Part shown: in pieces, positions 47,401-58,369 of the stretch
Numbering within the stretch: position 1 is the stretch's first letter
Layout of the letters: the number at the start of each line of letters is the position of its first letter
Sequence record: PZ026127.1
Reading direction: 5' to 3' (one strand)
Length of the DNA stretch: 64,000 bases
DNA from: a phage
Translations under genes and position numbers: made by a program
The notes under the pieces: generated by a model
Seen by the model: the letters and a program-made list of their open reading frames with translations, nothing else
The model's database searches: none
What the model was told of the DNA's origin: nothing

Positions 47401-48373
47401 TAACACTTTCGTTAGCCAAGAGTTCAACATCGTCACGAATTACACGTAAACGAGTTTGAAGGTCGCCGTCCCAAACATACCATAATTTTTCGTTAGAGTT
47501 ATAAACGAAGAATCCATCGCCTGAGGTACGGAATTCCATGCTATGCTGATCAGGTTTACCTAATGCAGACGAAGCATCAAACGTTTCAACGATTAAGTGG
47601 AACTTACTTCCTAAACCATCGATATCAACGGTTTTAATCATATCACCTTGGTTCGCATACTTAGGAAGAGTAAACTTAATTACTGCACCTGAAGTATAAC
47701 GACGGAGAACATTATCACCGGCTTGAGCTTGGAACTGAGCGGTGTTCGGTTCTACACGAATACCACGTTCTTCGTTACCAGCTTCCCAGAAATGCCAAAG
47801 ACGGTTAGCAAAGATAAGCATGTTATAAGAAAAAGGCTTCGTAATTAAGGTCTCAGTAAACTGATTACCAAAACGAACAATTTTCTGGTTACCGCCACCA
47901 GGAGCAGAACTAGACTGAACCTTTATTTCGTTATAACCAACACGTCCACCGATATCTTTAATTACAACGGTATCGCCGTCTGTAGGGTTAGGAGGCAAGG
48001 TAAATGTAGTAAAGCTAGCAGCGGAATCCACCGCAATATATTCACCAGAAGCCAGTTGGCGTGTAGGAGATGCTACGGTAATCCATTTAGGGTCCGTACG
48101 GGTAGCGGTCCAATAACCAGGTACAAAGGTTCCTGCCGGAGCATCGATATCACGTTGAGCAACCCAGATACGTTGGTCATGGATTACGGCGAACCCTTTC
48201 TTATATCCACGCGTCTCGTCGTACGCCTGGATGGTGTTCTCATCTATAAAGAATTCAACGTTGACGCCGTCGTCTAATACATTGTAATCGGCTTTGGCAA
48301 CATTGATAACTTTCTCGCCTGCAGCATCGAGTCCGGATGTAGCACGGAAGGCAGGTTTTAAAATATCGGCCAT
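44402..48373 (-). CDS. 34: long tail fibre proximal subunit gp34
   Basis: 1323 aa; long collinear match to T4 gp34 including repeated RRG(I/V)A(R/E)IAT segments and C-terminal FEW(I/V)E. Confidence 0.9.
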   Translation of the reverse strand: MADILKPAFRATSGLDAAGEKVINVAKADYNVLDDGVNVEFFIDENTIQAYDETRGYKKGFAVIHDQRIWVAQRDIDAPAGTFVPGYWTATRTDPKWITVASPTRQLASGEYIAVDSAASFTTFTLPPNPTDGDTVVIKDIGGRVGYNEIKVQSSSAPGGGNQKIVRFGNQFTETLITKPFSYNMLIFANRLWHFWEAGNEERGIRVEPNTAQFQAQAGDNVLRRYTSGAVIKFTLPKYANQGDMIKTVDIDGLGSKFHLIVETFDASSALGKPDQHSMEFRTSGDGFFVYNSNEKLWYVWDGDLQTRLRVIRDDVELLANESVIVFGPNNTTPQTINITLPTGVAQGDVVKIALNYLRKAQTVNIKAAVGDKIASSVQLLQFPKRSEYPPETEWVLNDVLTFNGNISYTPVIELSYIEDTTTGGKYWVVAQNVPTIERVDSKDDLTRARLGVIALASQTQANVDHENNPEKELAITPQTLANRVATESRRGIARIATTAQVNQDTTFAFQDDLIISPKKLNERTATETRRGVAEIATQVETNTGTDDTTIITPKKLQARQGSESLSGIVTYTSTVGTAPATARDTVGTNVYNKNVGNLVISPKALDQYKATQVQQGTVYLSNQSEVNAGQTASGFANSAVSPETLHARVALDTRTGLIEIATQQETDTGTDYTRAVTPKTLNDRKATEGLTGIARIATQVEFDAGTLDNVISTPLKVKTRFNDTARTSVSAASGLVESGTLWNHYTLDIREANETQRGTARLATQTEVNVGTDDKTIITPLKLHSKKSTESSEGIIRVATNTETTAGTSKVLAVSPSGLKYVVQTETTWEATALRRGFVKLTEGALTHSGNKVTGSGVKFNSGTGLYENDDTVLNAANYPKTGYAVSSYEMNKTLQNFLPINATAVNSEKLDGLDSLQFIRRDVDQTVNGSLTLTKQLNLAAPLVSSSTATFTDVTATNSTFGTVNVVNGTNKWKITAPSTGTTLTIGDTTNVLTMNTATGNVAALNNLSAGNDVQAKNNFVLNGRTIATTTGESSGATLSLGDNSQNLVLKTLDAGNIVANGGGAYKVLTEKNAVEIVDRNFVNQAGDTMTGVLRVNAPVRAFGTKPSLIEQAPTAETVGFWSVDISDEATYSKFPGYHRMILRRHITIDTIQTKPPSVTDGDWKATGWLTLDGTFDSPEIHYLNEDGTEGAPVLGSNDEKLRGQWFDFFDRDKNEIKYPGTLTQFGNTLDSCYQDWICYPTGLNGGTIRYTRTWQKNKNEWTDFAMVYTAANPPTANDVGALPADNATMKNITILDWLRIGNVRIIPDPVTKSVKFEWIE

Positions 48374-48405
48374 TTTATTTCCTTTTCGTTTTCAGGGTAT
48401 AGAAC

Positions 48406-48413
48406 TATTTATA
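48406..48413 (-). promoter_or_regulatory. late promoter TATAAATA for gene 34
   Basis: Exact TATAAATA on - strand about 33 nt upstream of gene 34 start. Confidence 0.5.
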
Positions 48414-48420
48414 GCAAGAT

Positions 48421-48449
48421 GTTTACTTCCTTAAAACCCATGATATAAT
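48421..48449 (+). promoter_or_regulatory. early promoter for rnh
   Basis: GTTTAC, 14 nt, TGATATAAT; followed by GACCTCT / AGAGGTT inverted repeat. Confidence 0.55.
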
Positions 48450-48480
48450 GGACCTCTCAACTACTTGAACAGAGGTTCAT

Positions 48481-49428
48481 ATGAACGATTTAGATTTTTT
48501 ACTTCCTGAAGAAGACCAACAAAAAGATGGATTTTTACTCCTAGATTTCAGCCAAATCATTATGGCTGCGGCTTTCCAAGAGTTTGGTGAGAATGCTGGA
48601 TTTCCTAAAGTAACTACAGCAATGCTTCGACACCTCGTGTTGAATTCAATTAAGAAAAACATTAAAGACTTTAAAAAACAAGGTTACAGCCAACTGGTTA
48701 TTTGTGTTGACAACTCTAAATCAGGTTATTGGCGTCGTCGCTATTCACCTTATTATAAGAAAAACCGTGCTAAGGCTCGTGAAGAATCATTATTTGATTG
48801 GGAAGGCTTATTTACGGCAATGCATATTATTGTTGATGAGCTTGAACATAACATGCCTTATATTGTTATGAACATCGATACTGTCGAGGCCGATGACCAT
48901 ATTGCTGTTTTAACCCGAATCCTCACGGCTTTAGGCCATCCTGTTATGATCGGTTCTTCGGATGGTGACTTTACCCAGCTCCATAAATTCCCTGGGGTAA
49001 AACAATGGTCTCCAATGCAGAAAAAATTCGTCAAAACAAAATCTGGCGATTCATTGCTTGATTGCGTGACTAAGGTTGTTAAAGGTGACCGTAAAGATAA
49101 CGTCGCGAGTATTAAAGTTCGTGGTGATTACTGGTTGACGATGGTTGAAGGCGAACGTACTCCTAGCACTCGTGCCAAGGAACTTGAAGCAATTGCTCTG
49201 AATTATTATGACCATGATATAATTAAAACACTTCTTACTGAAGAACAATATGAACGTTTCTGTGAAAACCAAATCTTAATTGATATGGACTTTATTCCAG
49301 ATGATATTGTTGCTTTAATTACTGAAAGATATAATACGTATAACAAACCTTCGAAATCTAAAGTCTATCCTTATTTCGTTAAATCTGGTTTGTCTAAACT
49401 AACCGCTACAGTAGCTGATTTTTATTAA
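48481..49428 (+). CDS. rnh: RNase H (5'-3' exonuclease, FEN family)
   Basis: 315 aa; collinear match to T4 RNase H (CIDNAKSGYWRR-like, SSDGDFTQLHK). Confidence 0.9.
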   Translation: MNDLDFLLPEEDQQKDGFLLLDFSQIIMAAAFQEFGENAGFPKVTTAMLRHLVLNSIKKNIKDFKKQGYSQLVICVDNSKSGYWRRRYSPYYKKNRAKAREESLFDWEGLFTAMHIIVDELEHNMPYIVMNIDTVEADDHIAVLTRILTALGHPVMIGSSDGDFTQLHKFPGVKQWSPMQKKFVKTKSGDSLLDCVTKVVKGDRKDNVASIKVRGDYWLTMVEGERTPSTRAKELEAIALNYYDHDIIKTLLTEEQYERFCENQILIDMDFIPDDIVALITERYNTYNKPSKSKVYPYFVKSGLSKLTATVADFY

Positions 49429-49438
49429 GGTGAATATA

Positions 49439-49708
49439 ATGGCTAAAGAAAAAGTGAAAGTTGAATTCAATCAAGAAGAACATGGTAACACATTGGCACA
49501 ACTGATTAAGTCGGCTTCTGATACTAAATTAAAAATGGAAGCTTACGGTGACGAAATTAAAGATATCAAAGACCGTGCTAAGACTGAACTTGGTGTAGAC
49601 GGTAAAATGTTTAACCAACTGTTCTCTCTGTACCATAAAGGCACTCGTGAACGTTTCGAAGACGAAAAAACTGAAGTGGTAGAACTGTATGACACAATCT
49701 TTGAATGA
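49439..49708 (+). CDS. dsbA: DsbA double-stranded DNA-binding protein
   Basis: 89 aa from ATG 49439; position between rnh and 33. Confidence 0.7.
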   Translation: MAKEKVKVEFNQEEHGNTLAQLIKSASDTKLKMEAYGDEIKDIKDRAKTELGVDGKMFNQLFSLYHKGTRERFEDEKTEVVELYDTIFE

Positions 49709-49991
49709 TTTTGATGGAGCGGTTAATACCGCTTCCGAACCTGTCCATGTGCTCGTAAACAAACAACAGAATGGCCTTGATATTGAGGCCTTTGTTGAAG
49801 CTGAAGGTTGTAGTTACCTCGAAGCGGCTACCGCATGGTTGGAAGAGAACAGCATCCCTGAAGGTAACTTTGCTCGTTATTTGCCTGCAGGAATTATTGA
49901 TAAAATTATGAACGAAGCCATTGATGATAACTTGCTTCGACCTTCAATGGCTCGAACGCAAAAAACTAATACTCTGGATTTCTTGTTATGA
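49689..49991 (+). CDS. 33: late transcription co-activator gp33
   Basis: 100 aa acidic protein between dsbA and 59. Confidence 0.7.
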   Translation: MTQSLNDFDGAVNTASEPVHVLVNKQQNGLDIEAFVEAEGCSYLEAATAWLEENSIPEGNFARYLPAGIIDKIMNEAIDDNLLRPSMARTQKTNTLDFLL

Positions 49992-50641
49992 TTAAGATTC
50001 GCATGCCACCAAACAATAACCGTATGGTGAATGGTAAGAGCGTATATTCACTATACTTAATGCTCAAACATCACTTCAATGCCAAATACGACGTTATAAA
50101 ATATAACTGGGTCATGCGAATCTCTGATACGGCTTATCAAAAACGTCGTGACAAATATTTCTTTGAGAAATTGAGTGATAAATACACTTTGAAAGAGCTT
50201 GCTCTTATTTTCATGAGTAACTTGGTGGCTAACCAAGACGCATGGATTGGCGACATCAGTGATGCCGACGCCTTAGTCTTTTACCGAGAATATATCGGTA
50301 GACTTAAAAGAATAAAACAAGTTTTTGAGGATGATATCAAAAACATCTATTATTTCAGTAAGAAAGTGGAAGTTAAAGCGCTTTCTGAAATTTTTGATTA
50401 TAATAAAAAAGTTAACTCGAGCTATATTTTTAAGCTCCTTCAATCGAATGTTATTTCATTCGAAACGTTTATTTTGCTTGATTCATTTATGGATATAATT
50501 GATAAACATGATGAACAGACCAACGATTTAGTGTGGTCTAAGTATTCGACTAAATTAAATGCTTATAAGAAAATTCTTATAATCGATAATTTAGAAGCTC
50601 GTAAATTGTTCATTGAAACTATCAAATCTTGTAAGTTTTAA
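49988..50641 (+). CDS. 59: gp59 helicase loader
   Basis: 217 aa; near-identical to T4 gp59 across most of its length. Confidence 0.9.
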   Translation: MIKIRMPPNNNRMVNGKSVYSLYLMLKHHFNAKYDVIKYNWVMRISDTAYQKRRDKYFFEKLSDKYTLKELALIFMSNLVANQDAWIGDISDADALVFYREYIGRLKRIKQVFEDDIKNIYYFSKKVEVKALSEIFDYNKKVNSSYIFKLLQSNVISFETFILLDSFMDIIDKHDEQTNDLVWSKYSTKLNAYKKILIIDNLEARKLFIETIKSCKF

Positions 50642-50730
50642 TGCTTCAAACCAACTGTGTTAATATACTAACTCAATCTGTTAAAAACTGTTAATAAAAT
50701 ATAACTGCTAAATCTGCTAAGGTAAATAAT
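50642..50730 (+). promoter_or_regulatory. gene 32 mRNA leader / candidate autogenous translational operator
   Basis: AU-rich leader with iterated CTG(T/C)TAA units immediately upstream of gene 32 start. Confidence 0.45.
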
Positions 50731-51636
50731 ATGTTTAAACGTAAAGACCCTTCCCAACTGGCTGCTCAACTGTCTGCAATGAAAGGTGGTTCTTCTTTCT
50801 CTTCCGATGATAAAGCTGAATGGAAATTGAAAGATGACAATGGCGTTGGTACTGCGGTAATTCGTTTCCTACCTTCGAAAAACGAAGAAAATCCATCTCC
50901 ATTCATTAAGCTCGTTAACCACGGCTTTAAGAAAAATGGTCAATGGTACATTGAAAACTGTACGTCTACACACGGTGATTTCGATTCATGTCCTGTATGT
51001 AAATACATGAACCAGAATGATACCTTTAATACTAATAATGCCGAATACAAACTGATGAAACGTAAAACTTCCTTCTGGGCTAACATCCTTGTTATTAAGG
51101 ATAGTGCAGTGCCTGCTAACGAAGGTAAAGTGTTTAAATTCCGTTTCGGTCAGAAAATTATGGATAAAATCAACCAGATGGTTGAAGTTGATACCGATAT
51201 TGGTGAAGTGCCGGTTGACGTAACATGTCCGTTTGATGGTGCGAACTTCGTACTGAAATCTAAGAAAGTTGGCGACTTCAAGAACTATGACGATTCCAAA
51301 TTCATGGGTCAGTCTGAAATTCCTAACATCAATGATGAAGCTTACCAAGCTAAATTGATGGAAGAAATGCACGACCTTTCTAAACTGCTCGATTTCAAAT
51401 CATTCGAAACTAACGAAGCCAAGTTTAAGAAAGTTGTTGGTACAGCTGCTCTTGGTGGTGCTGCCGCTAAAGCTTCTGCAGCCGCTGATAAGATTGGTGA
51501 TGACCTGGACGCATTCAGTGCAGACCTTGATGCATATGATTCTAAACCATCTACACCGACTCGTTCCACTACTCCTGAGCCGTCAGTAAGTCCTTCTGAT
51601 GACGATGGTCTGGACGACCTGTTAGCTGGTCTATAA
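50731..51636 (+). CDS. 32: gp32 single-stranded DNA-binding protein
   Basis: 301 aa; Zn-binding [14 protein letters not shown] and acidic C-terminal tail. Confidence 0.95.
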   Translation: MFKRKDPSQLAAQLSAMKGGSSFSSDDKAEWKLKDDNGVGTAVIRFLPSKNEENPSPFIKLVNHGFKKNGQWYIENCTSTHGDFDSCPVCKYMNQNDTFNTNNAEYKLMKRKTSFWANILVIKDSAVPANEGKVFKFRFGQKIMDKINQMVEVDTDIGEVPVDVTCPFDGANFVLKSKKVGDFKNYDDSKFMGQSEIPNINDEAYQAKLMEEMHDLSKLLDFKSFETNEAKFKKVVGTAALGGAAAKASAAADKIGDDLDAFSADLDAYDSKPSTPTRSTTPEPSVSPSDDDGLDDLLAGL

Positions 51637-51652
51637 GTTATTGATTTATAAT

Positions 51653-51678
51653 GGGAAGACTTCGGTCTTCCCTTTTTG
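51653..51678 (+). terminator. intrinsic terminator (8-bp stem, UUCG loop, U tract)
   Basis: gggaagacttcggtcttccc ttttt after gene 32. Confidence 0.85.
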
Positions 51679-51688
51679 GCATTTAATG

Positions 51689-51731
51689 GTTTACAACGCC
51701 TTTAAACATGATACTATAGACCTATCAACTA
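51689..51731 (+). repeat. early-promoter cassette copy 1 (identical 43-nt promoter-plus-box unit)
   Basis: gtttacaacgcctttaaacatgatactatagacctatcaacta, identical to copy at 52401. Confidence 0.7.
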
Positions 51732-51746
51732 CATGAGGAAATAAAA

Positions 51747-52136
51747 ATGGAAATCGGTAAAACTTATGAACTTCGTCCTGAATGCATTAAAGACTTTATT
51801 GAAATGGACGAATATGAAAATAATAAAAGCATGGTCGGCCTTATCCAAGACAACGGCGGTTGGTTTGAAGTAAAGGATATGGTGACTATGGATGGCGACA
51901 AATTTGTGACTGAAATCGAATGCGCCAACGGCGAGATTTATAATGAAGTTGGGTTGGTGCCAAATTATTTTGAGTTGCATGAAGACGAGTTCTATTGCTT
52001 CCGTGAATATGTTGTGGAAGATAAAGAAATCGATGAGCCTATTGCTAAGGCCGGTGTGACTCAAATCCATTGCATTGTCACCGAACAGAACGTTGACCAA
52101 ATCATTGAACTTTTGCAAAAAACTTTTAAGGCCTAA
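51747..52136 (+). CDS. hypothetical protein
   Basis: 129 aa, RBS GAGGAAA. Confidence 0.5.
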   Translation: MEIGKTYELRPECIKDFIEMDEYENNKSMVGLIQDNGGWFEVKDMVTMDGDKFVTEIECANGEIYNEVGLVPNYFELHEDEFYCFREYVVEDKEIDEPIAKAGVTQIHCIVTEQNVDQIIELLQKTFKA

Positions 52137-52137
52137 T

Positions 52138-52398
52138 ATGACTAAAGATGATTTCCTGGATGCAGTAGAAAAAGCCAGTGAGAAATTTGAAGTGATGGGT
52201 GTACGAGTTCATAAAGACCGAAATTACGGGCTCGATATCCAAACTTATTCATTATGGCTTGTAGGTGAACATAGTCTTGTAACCACCTTAGTTATGGGTG
52301 TTGATGCCCAACCTTTACTGGTTAAATTTAGAAGTATGGAAAAAGCTACCAAAGAAATGATTAAACTTGGTAAATGGCTTGATAAAATTCAAAAATAA
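52138..52398 (+). CDS. hypothetical protein
   Basis: 86 aa from ATG 52138. Confidence 0.45.
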   Translation: MTKDDFLDAVEKASEKFEVMGVRVHKDRNYGLDIQTYSLWLVGEHSLVTTLVMGVDAQPLLVKFRSMEKATKEMIKLGKWLDKIQK

Positions 52399-52400
52399 AT

Positions 52401-52443
52401 GTTTACAACGCCTTTAAACATGATACTATAGACCTATCAACTA
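52401..52443 (+). repeat. early-promoter cassette copy 2
   Basis: 43-nt exact repeat of 51689-51731. Confidence 0.7.
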
Positions 52444-52461
52444 ATGAGTGAGGAAAATAAA

Positions 52462-52689
52462 ATGGCTAAGGTTAATATTGATATCGTTGATTTTGAATAC
52501 ACTTACGAAGTTATCCGTAATCGTTATCCTTCTTTAGTTATGACCCATATTAAAGATACTCAATTCTGTAGTATGCAAATTGAAGTCCAAGGTCCTCTTG
52601 AAGACCTTACCCGCTTTATGGCTGACGAGTATTGTGACGGTATGCACCCGGAAGACGCTAAATTTTATATGGGCTTAATTCAAAAATAA
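52462..52689 (+). CDS. hypothetical small protein
   Basis: 75 aa from ATG 52462 after GAGGAAAA. Confidence 0.45.
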   Translation: MAKVNIDIVDFEYTYEVIRNRYPSLVMTHIKDTQFCSMQIEVQGPLEDLTRFMADEYCDGMHPEDAKFYMGLIQK

Positions 52690-52744
52690 GTTTACACCAG
52701 GCTATGGTAGTGATACTATAGCCTTATCAACTAAGGAGAATAAA

Positions 52745-54433
<1,689 letters not shown>

Positions 54434-54494
54434 AAATTCAAATAATCTGTACTCTGTTTTTGGTTATTATGGTCGGGCTGAATTTGGTGCTATA

Positions 54495-54788
54495 ATGAGA
54501 GTCTGTAGAGTTGTTAACAAGTATAAAGAAGATTTTGATGTCAACATCCAACGTGGAACTATGTGGGGTAATCCATTTAAAGATGGAACCCGCGAGGAAA
54601 ACATCAAGAACTTTAAAGAATACTTTATTGCTAAAATAAAATCGGGCGAAATTAAAAGAGAACATCTTGAAACCCTTAGAGGTATGCGTATAGCGTGTAC
54701 CTGTAAACCTAAGGACTGTCATGGGGATGTGATAGCCTTGATTGTTAACAAACTTTTCAAAGACACGTTCTCATTAGAAGACCTATAA
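54495..54788 (+). CDS. hypothetical protein with GNPF ... CHGDV motif (DUF4326-like)
   Basis: 97 aa ORF between td and nrdA. Confidence 0.45.
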   Translation: MRVCRVVNKYKEDFDVNIQRGTMWGNPFKDGTREENIKNFKEYFIAKIKSGEIKREHLETLRGMRIACTCKPKDCHGDVIALIVNKLFKDTFSLEDL

Positions 54789-54854
54789 ATATCAGTCCAT
54801 GCTTAACAGGTTCTATGATAGAATAATTGTAGAACCTAACATATTGAGGAAATT

Positions 54855-57110
54855 ATGCAAGTACAAAAAAGTAGTGGTGTATCCCAAGATTTTGACGCAC
54901 AAAAAATTATTAAAGTTCTGACTTGGGGCTGTGAAGGAACCCAAATCGACCCCTATGAATTATACGAAGAAATCAAATCTCATCTTCGTGATGGTATGAC
55001 TACCAAAGATATCCAAAATCTGACTGTTAAGGTAGCAGCCAACCTTATTTCAGTTGAAGAGCCTGATTACCAATATGTTGCTGCAAAGCAATTGATGTTT
55101 GCACTGCGTAAAGAAGTTTATGGCCAGTTCGAACCACGTAGCTTTATCGACCATATTTCCTATTGTGTTAACGAAGGTAAATATGACCCTGAATTGCTGT
55201 CTCGATATTCTGCAGAAGAAATTACTTTCTTAGAATCTCATATCAAGCATGAACGTGACTTTGAATTGACCTATGCAGGTGCGATGCAGCTGAAAGAGAA
55301 ATATCTGGTTAAAGATAAGACTACGGGTAAAATCTACGAAACCCCTCAGTTCGCTATCATGTGTATTGGCATGGCCTTACACCAAGAAGAGCCAGGTAAT
55401 CGTTTGGCACATATTATTCGTTTTTATGATGCTGTAAGTACCCGTCAGGTTTCATTACCAACTCCTATTATGGCTGGAGCACGTACACCTACCCGTCAAT
55501 TTAGTTCTTGTGTGGTTATTGAAGCAGGCGACTCACTGAAATCTATTAACAAAACTGCTAACTCAATAATTGAATACATTTCTAAACGTGCAGGTATTGG
55601 TATCAACGTTGGTATGATTCGTGCTGAAGGTTCTCGTATTGGCATGGGTGAAGTCAAACATACTGGCGTTATTCCATTCTGGAAACATTTCCAGACTGCT
55701 GTTAAATCATGTTCACAAGGTGGAATCCGTGGCGGCGCTGCTACTGCTTATTATCCTATTTGGCATTTGGAAGTTGAAAATCTGCTCGTTCTGAAAAACA
55801 ACAAAGGCGTAGATGAGAACCGTATTCGTCATATGGACTACGGAATCCAGATGAACGACCTTATGATGGAACGTTTCGGTAAAAATGATTACATCACGCT
55901 GTTTAGTCCTCATGAAATGGGTGGTGAGCTTTATTATTCTTATTTCGAAGACCAAGACCGTTTCCGTGAATTGTATGAAGCAGCTGAAAAAGACCCTAGT
56001 ATTCGTAAGAAACGTATTAAAGCACGTGACCTCTTCGAATTGTTCATGACCGAACGTTCAGGCACTGCACGAATTTATCCTCAGTTCGTTGATAACACTA
56101 ACAACTTCACACCATTTATTCGTGAAAAAGCTCCTATTCGACAGAGCAACTTGTGTTGTGAAATTGCTATCCCGACTACTGACGTGAATAGTCCGGACGC
56201 TGAAATTGGTTTGTGTACGTTGTCTGCATTCGTATTGGATAACTTCGATTGGCAGGACCAAGACAAAATCAACGAGCTCGCTGAAGTCCAGGTACGTGCA
56301 CTTGATAACCTATTGGACTACCAAGATTATCCTGTTCCTGAAGCTCTGAAGGCCAAGAAACGTCGTAATCTAGGTGTTGGTGTTACTAACTACGCCGCTT
56401 GGTTGGCAAGCAACTTTGCTTCTTATGAAGACGCTAATGATTTAACTCATGAACTGTTTGAGAGATTACAATATGGACTTATCCGAGCATCAATCAAGTT
56501 GGCCGAAGAAAAAGGACCTTGCGAGTATTATTCAGACACTAAATGGTCTCGAGGCGAATTACCTATCGACTGGTACAATAAAAAGATTGACCAAATCGCA
56601 GCCCCTAACTATGTTTGTGACTGGACGTCGTTGCGGGAAGACTTGGCTAAACATGGCATCCGTAATAGCACATTATCAGCACTTATGCCGTGTGAATCAA
56701 GCAGCCAGGTTTCCAACTCTACAAACGGTATCGAACCTCCACGTGGTCCGGTAAGTATTAAAGAATCTAAAGAAGGTAACTTCCGTCAGGTAGTTCCTAA
56801 TGTAGAACATAACCAAGGACTCTACGATTACGCTTGGAGCCTCGCTAAGAAAGGTAATAAACCTTATCTTACCCAAGTGGCAATAGCGTTGAAATGGGTG
56901 TGTCAATCAGCATCAGCGAATACATATTACGACCCGCAGATTTTCCCAAAAGGAAAAGTTCCGATGTCGGTAATGCTTGATGACCTGCTGTATTTCTGGT
57001 ACTACGGCGGTAAGAACCTTTACTATCATAACACCCGTGATGGCTCTGGTACTGATGACTACGAAATCGAAACTCCTAAAGCCGACGATTGTGCAGCTTG
57101 TAAGCTTTAA
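54855..57110 (+). CDS. nrdA: aerobic ribonucleotide reductase large subunit
   Basis: 751 aa; ATP-cone N-terminus and class I RNR active-site region. Confidence 0.95.
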   Translation: MQVQKSSGVSQDFDAQKIIKVLTWGCEGTQIDPYELYEEIKSHLRDGMTTKDIQNLTVKVAANLISVEEPDYQYVAAKQLMFALRKEVYGQFEPRSFIDHISYCVNEGKYDPELLSRYSAEEITFLESHIKHERDFELTYAGAMQLKEKYLVKDKTTGKIYETPQFAIMCIGMALHQEEPGNRLAHIIRFYDAVSTRQVSLPTPIMAGARTPTRQFSSCVVIEAGDSLKSINKTANSIIEYISKRAGIGINVGMIRAEGSRIGMGEVKHTGVIPFWKHFQTAVKSCSQGGIRGGAATAYYPIWHLEVENLLVLKNNKGVDENRIRHMDYGIQMNDLMMERFGKNDYITLFSPHEMGGELYYSYFEDQDRFRELYEAAEKDPSIRKKRIKARDLFELFMTERSGTARIYPQFVDNTNNFTPFIREKAPIRQSNLCCEIAIPTTDVNSPDAEIGLCTLSAFVLDNFDWQDQDKINELAEVQVRALDNLLDYQDYPVPEALKAKKRRNLGVGVTNYAAWLASNFASYEDANDLTHELFERLQYGLIRASIKLAEEKGPCEYYSDTKWSRGELPIDWYNKKIDQIAAPNYVCDWTSLREDLAKHGIRNSTLSALMPCESSSQVSNSTNGIEPPRGPVSIKESKEGNFRQVVPNVEHNQGLYDYAWSLAKKGNKPYLTQVAIALKWVCQSASANTYYDPQIFPKGKVPMSVMLDDLLYFWYYGGKNLYYHNTRDGSGTDDYEIETPKADDCAACKL

Positions 57111-57163
57111 TAAAATCTGATTATAATTGACTCATGGATGAGTCACTAACAAATGAGAATAAC

Positions 57164-58342
57164 ATGTCTACAGTTTTTAATACCACCCCAGTTGATGTTT
57201 TAGTCGAACCGATGTTCTTTGGTTCAGGATTGGGTATTGCCCGTTATGATATCCAACGTCATAAAGTATTCGAAGAGCTTTGTGAAAAGCAGTTGAGTTT
57301 TTTCTGGCGTCCAGAAGAAGTCAACTTGATGATGGATGCTGCTCAATTTAATAAGCTTCCACAATTCCAACAAAATATTTTTACCAATAACCTGAAGTAT
57401 CAATCACTTCTGGATAGTATCCAAGGACGTGCTCCTTCTGCTGCACTTCAAGCCTTGATTTCAGACCCTAGCCTTGATACATGGGTGGCTACATGGACCT
57501 TTAGTGAGACTATTCACTCTCGTTCATATACCCATATCATGCGTAACCTCTATACAGACCCGTCAAAGGTATTTGATGAAATTCTGTTAGATGACGCTAT
57601 TATGAAACGTGCCGAATCTATTGGTCGTTATTACGACGACGTTATTGAGAAAACTCGCTATTGGCAGAATGCTAAAGCTGATATCGAATACCAAAAAGAA
57701 ATTAATGCAGACGAAGACGATATTGAAGATGCTATTGAGCATGAGATGTATTGGAAGCGTGAGCTAATGAAATCCCTTTACCTTTGCCTTCATGTAATCA
57801 ACGCATTGGAAGCTATTCGTTTTTATGTATCTTTCGCATGCACCTTTAACTTCCATAAAAACATGGAAATCATGGAAGGTAATGCTAAGATTATGAAGTT
57901 CATTGCACGTGATGAACAGCTTCACCTTAAAGGTACTCAGTACATTATTCGTCAACTCCAACTTGGTACTGACGGTGACGAATGGGTTAAAATTGCTCAA
58001 GAGTGTGAACAAGAAGCAGTTGATATTTTCATGGAAGTTAACCGTCAAGAAAAAGAATGGGCTGCTCATCTGTTCAAAGATGGTACTTGCCCTGGATTAA
58101 ATACTCAGAACATGGGTGCTTTTGTCGATTACCTGACAGTTTCTCGTATGAAGCAATGTGGCTTACCGTGTCCTATTACTGATGCTCCTGCCCGCCATCC
58201 TTATCCTTGGATTCGCGAATACCTGAACTCTGATGCTGTACAGGCTGCTCCTCAGGAAGTGGAAATCAGTTCTTACCTTGTAGCACAAATTGATAACGAT
58301 GTCGATGAAAAAGTAATGGCATCGTACAAGAAATATTTTTAA
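57164..58342 (+). CDS. nrdB: ribonucleotide reductase small subunit, uninterrupted (no intron)
   Basis: 392 aa from MSTVFNT; di-iron ligand pattern; continuous ORF. Confidence 0.9.
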   Translation: MSTVFNTTPVDVLVEPMFFGSGLGIARYDIQRHKVFEELCEKQLSFFWRPEEVNLMMDAAQFNKLPQFQQNIFTNNLKYQSLLDSIQGRAPSAALQALISDPSLDTWVATWTFSETIHSRSYTHIMRNLYTDPSKVFDEILLDDAIMKRAESIGRYYDDVIEKTRYWQNAKADIEYQKEINADEDDIEDAIEHEMYWKRELMKSLYLCLHVINALEAIRFYVSFACTFNFHKNMEIMEGNAKIMKFIARDEQLHLKGTQYIIRQLQLGTDGDEWVKIAQECEQEAVDIFMEVNRQEKEWAAHLFKDGTCPGLNTQNMGAFVDYLTVSRMKQCGLPCPITDAPARHPYPWIREYLNSDAVQAAPQEVEISSYLVAQIDNDVDEKVMASYKKYF

Positions 58343-58369
58343 GGAATGGGGCTTCGGCCCCTTATTGCT

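Noticed and set aside
54485-54496. TATAAT hexamer immediately upstream of the ATG at 54495
   Set aside because: No matching -35 at the right spacing, and a start downstream of it would truncate the conserved N-terminus of the ORF; treated as coincidental.
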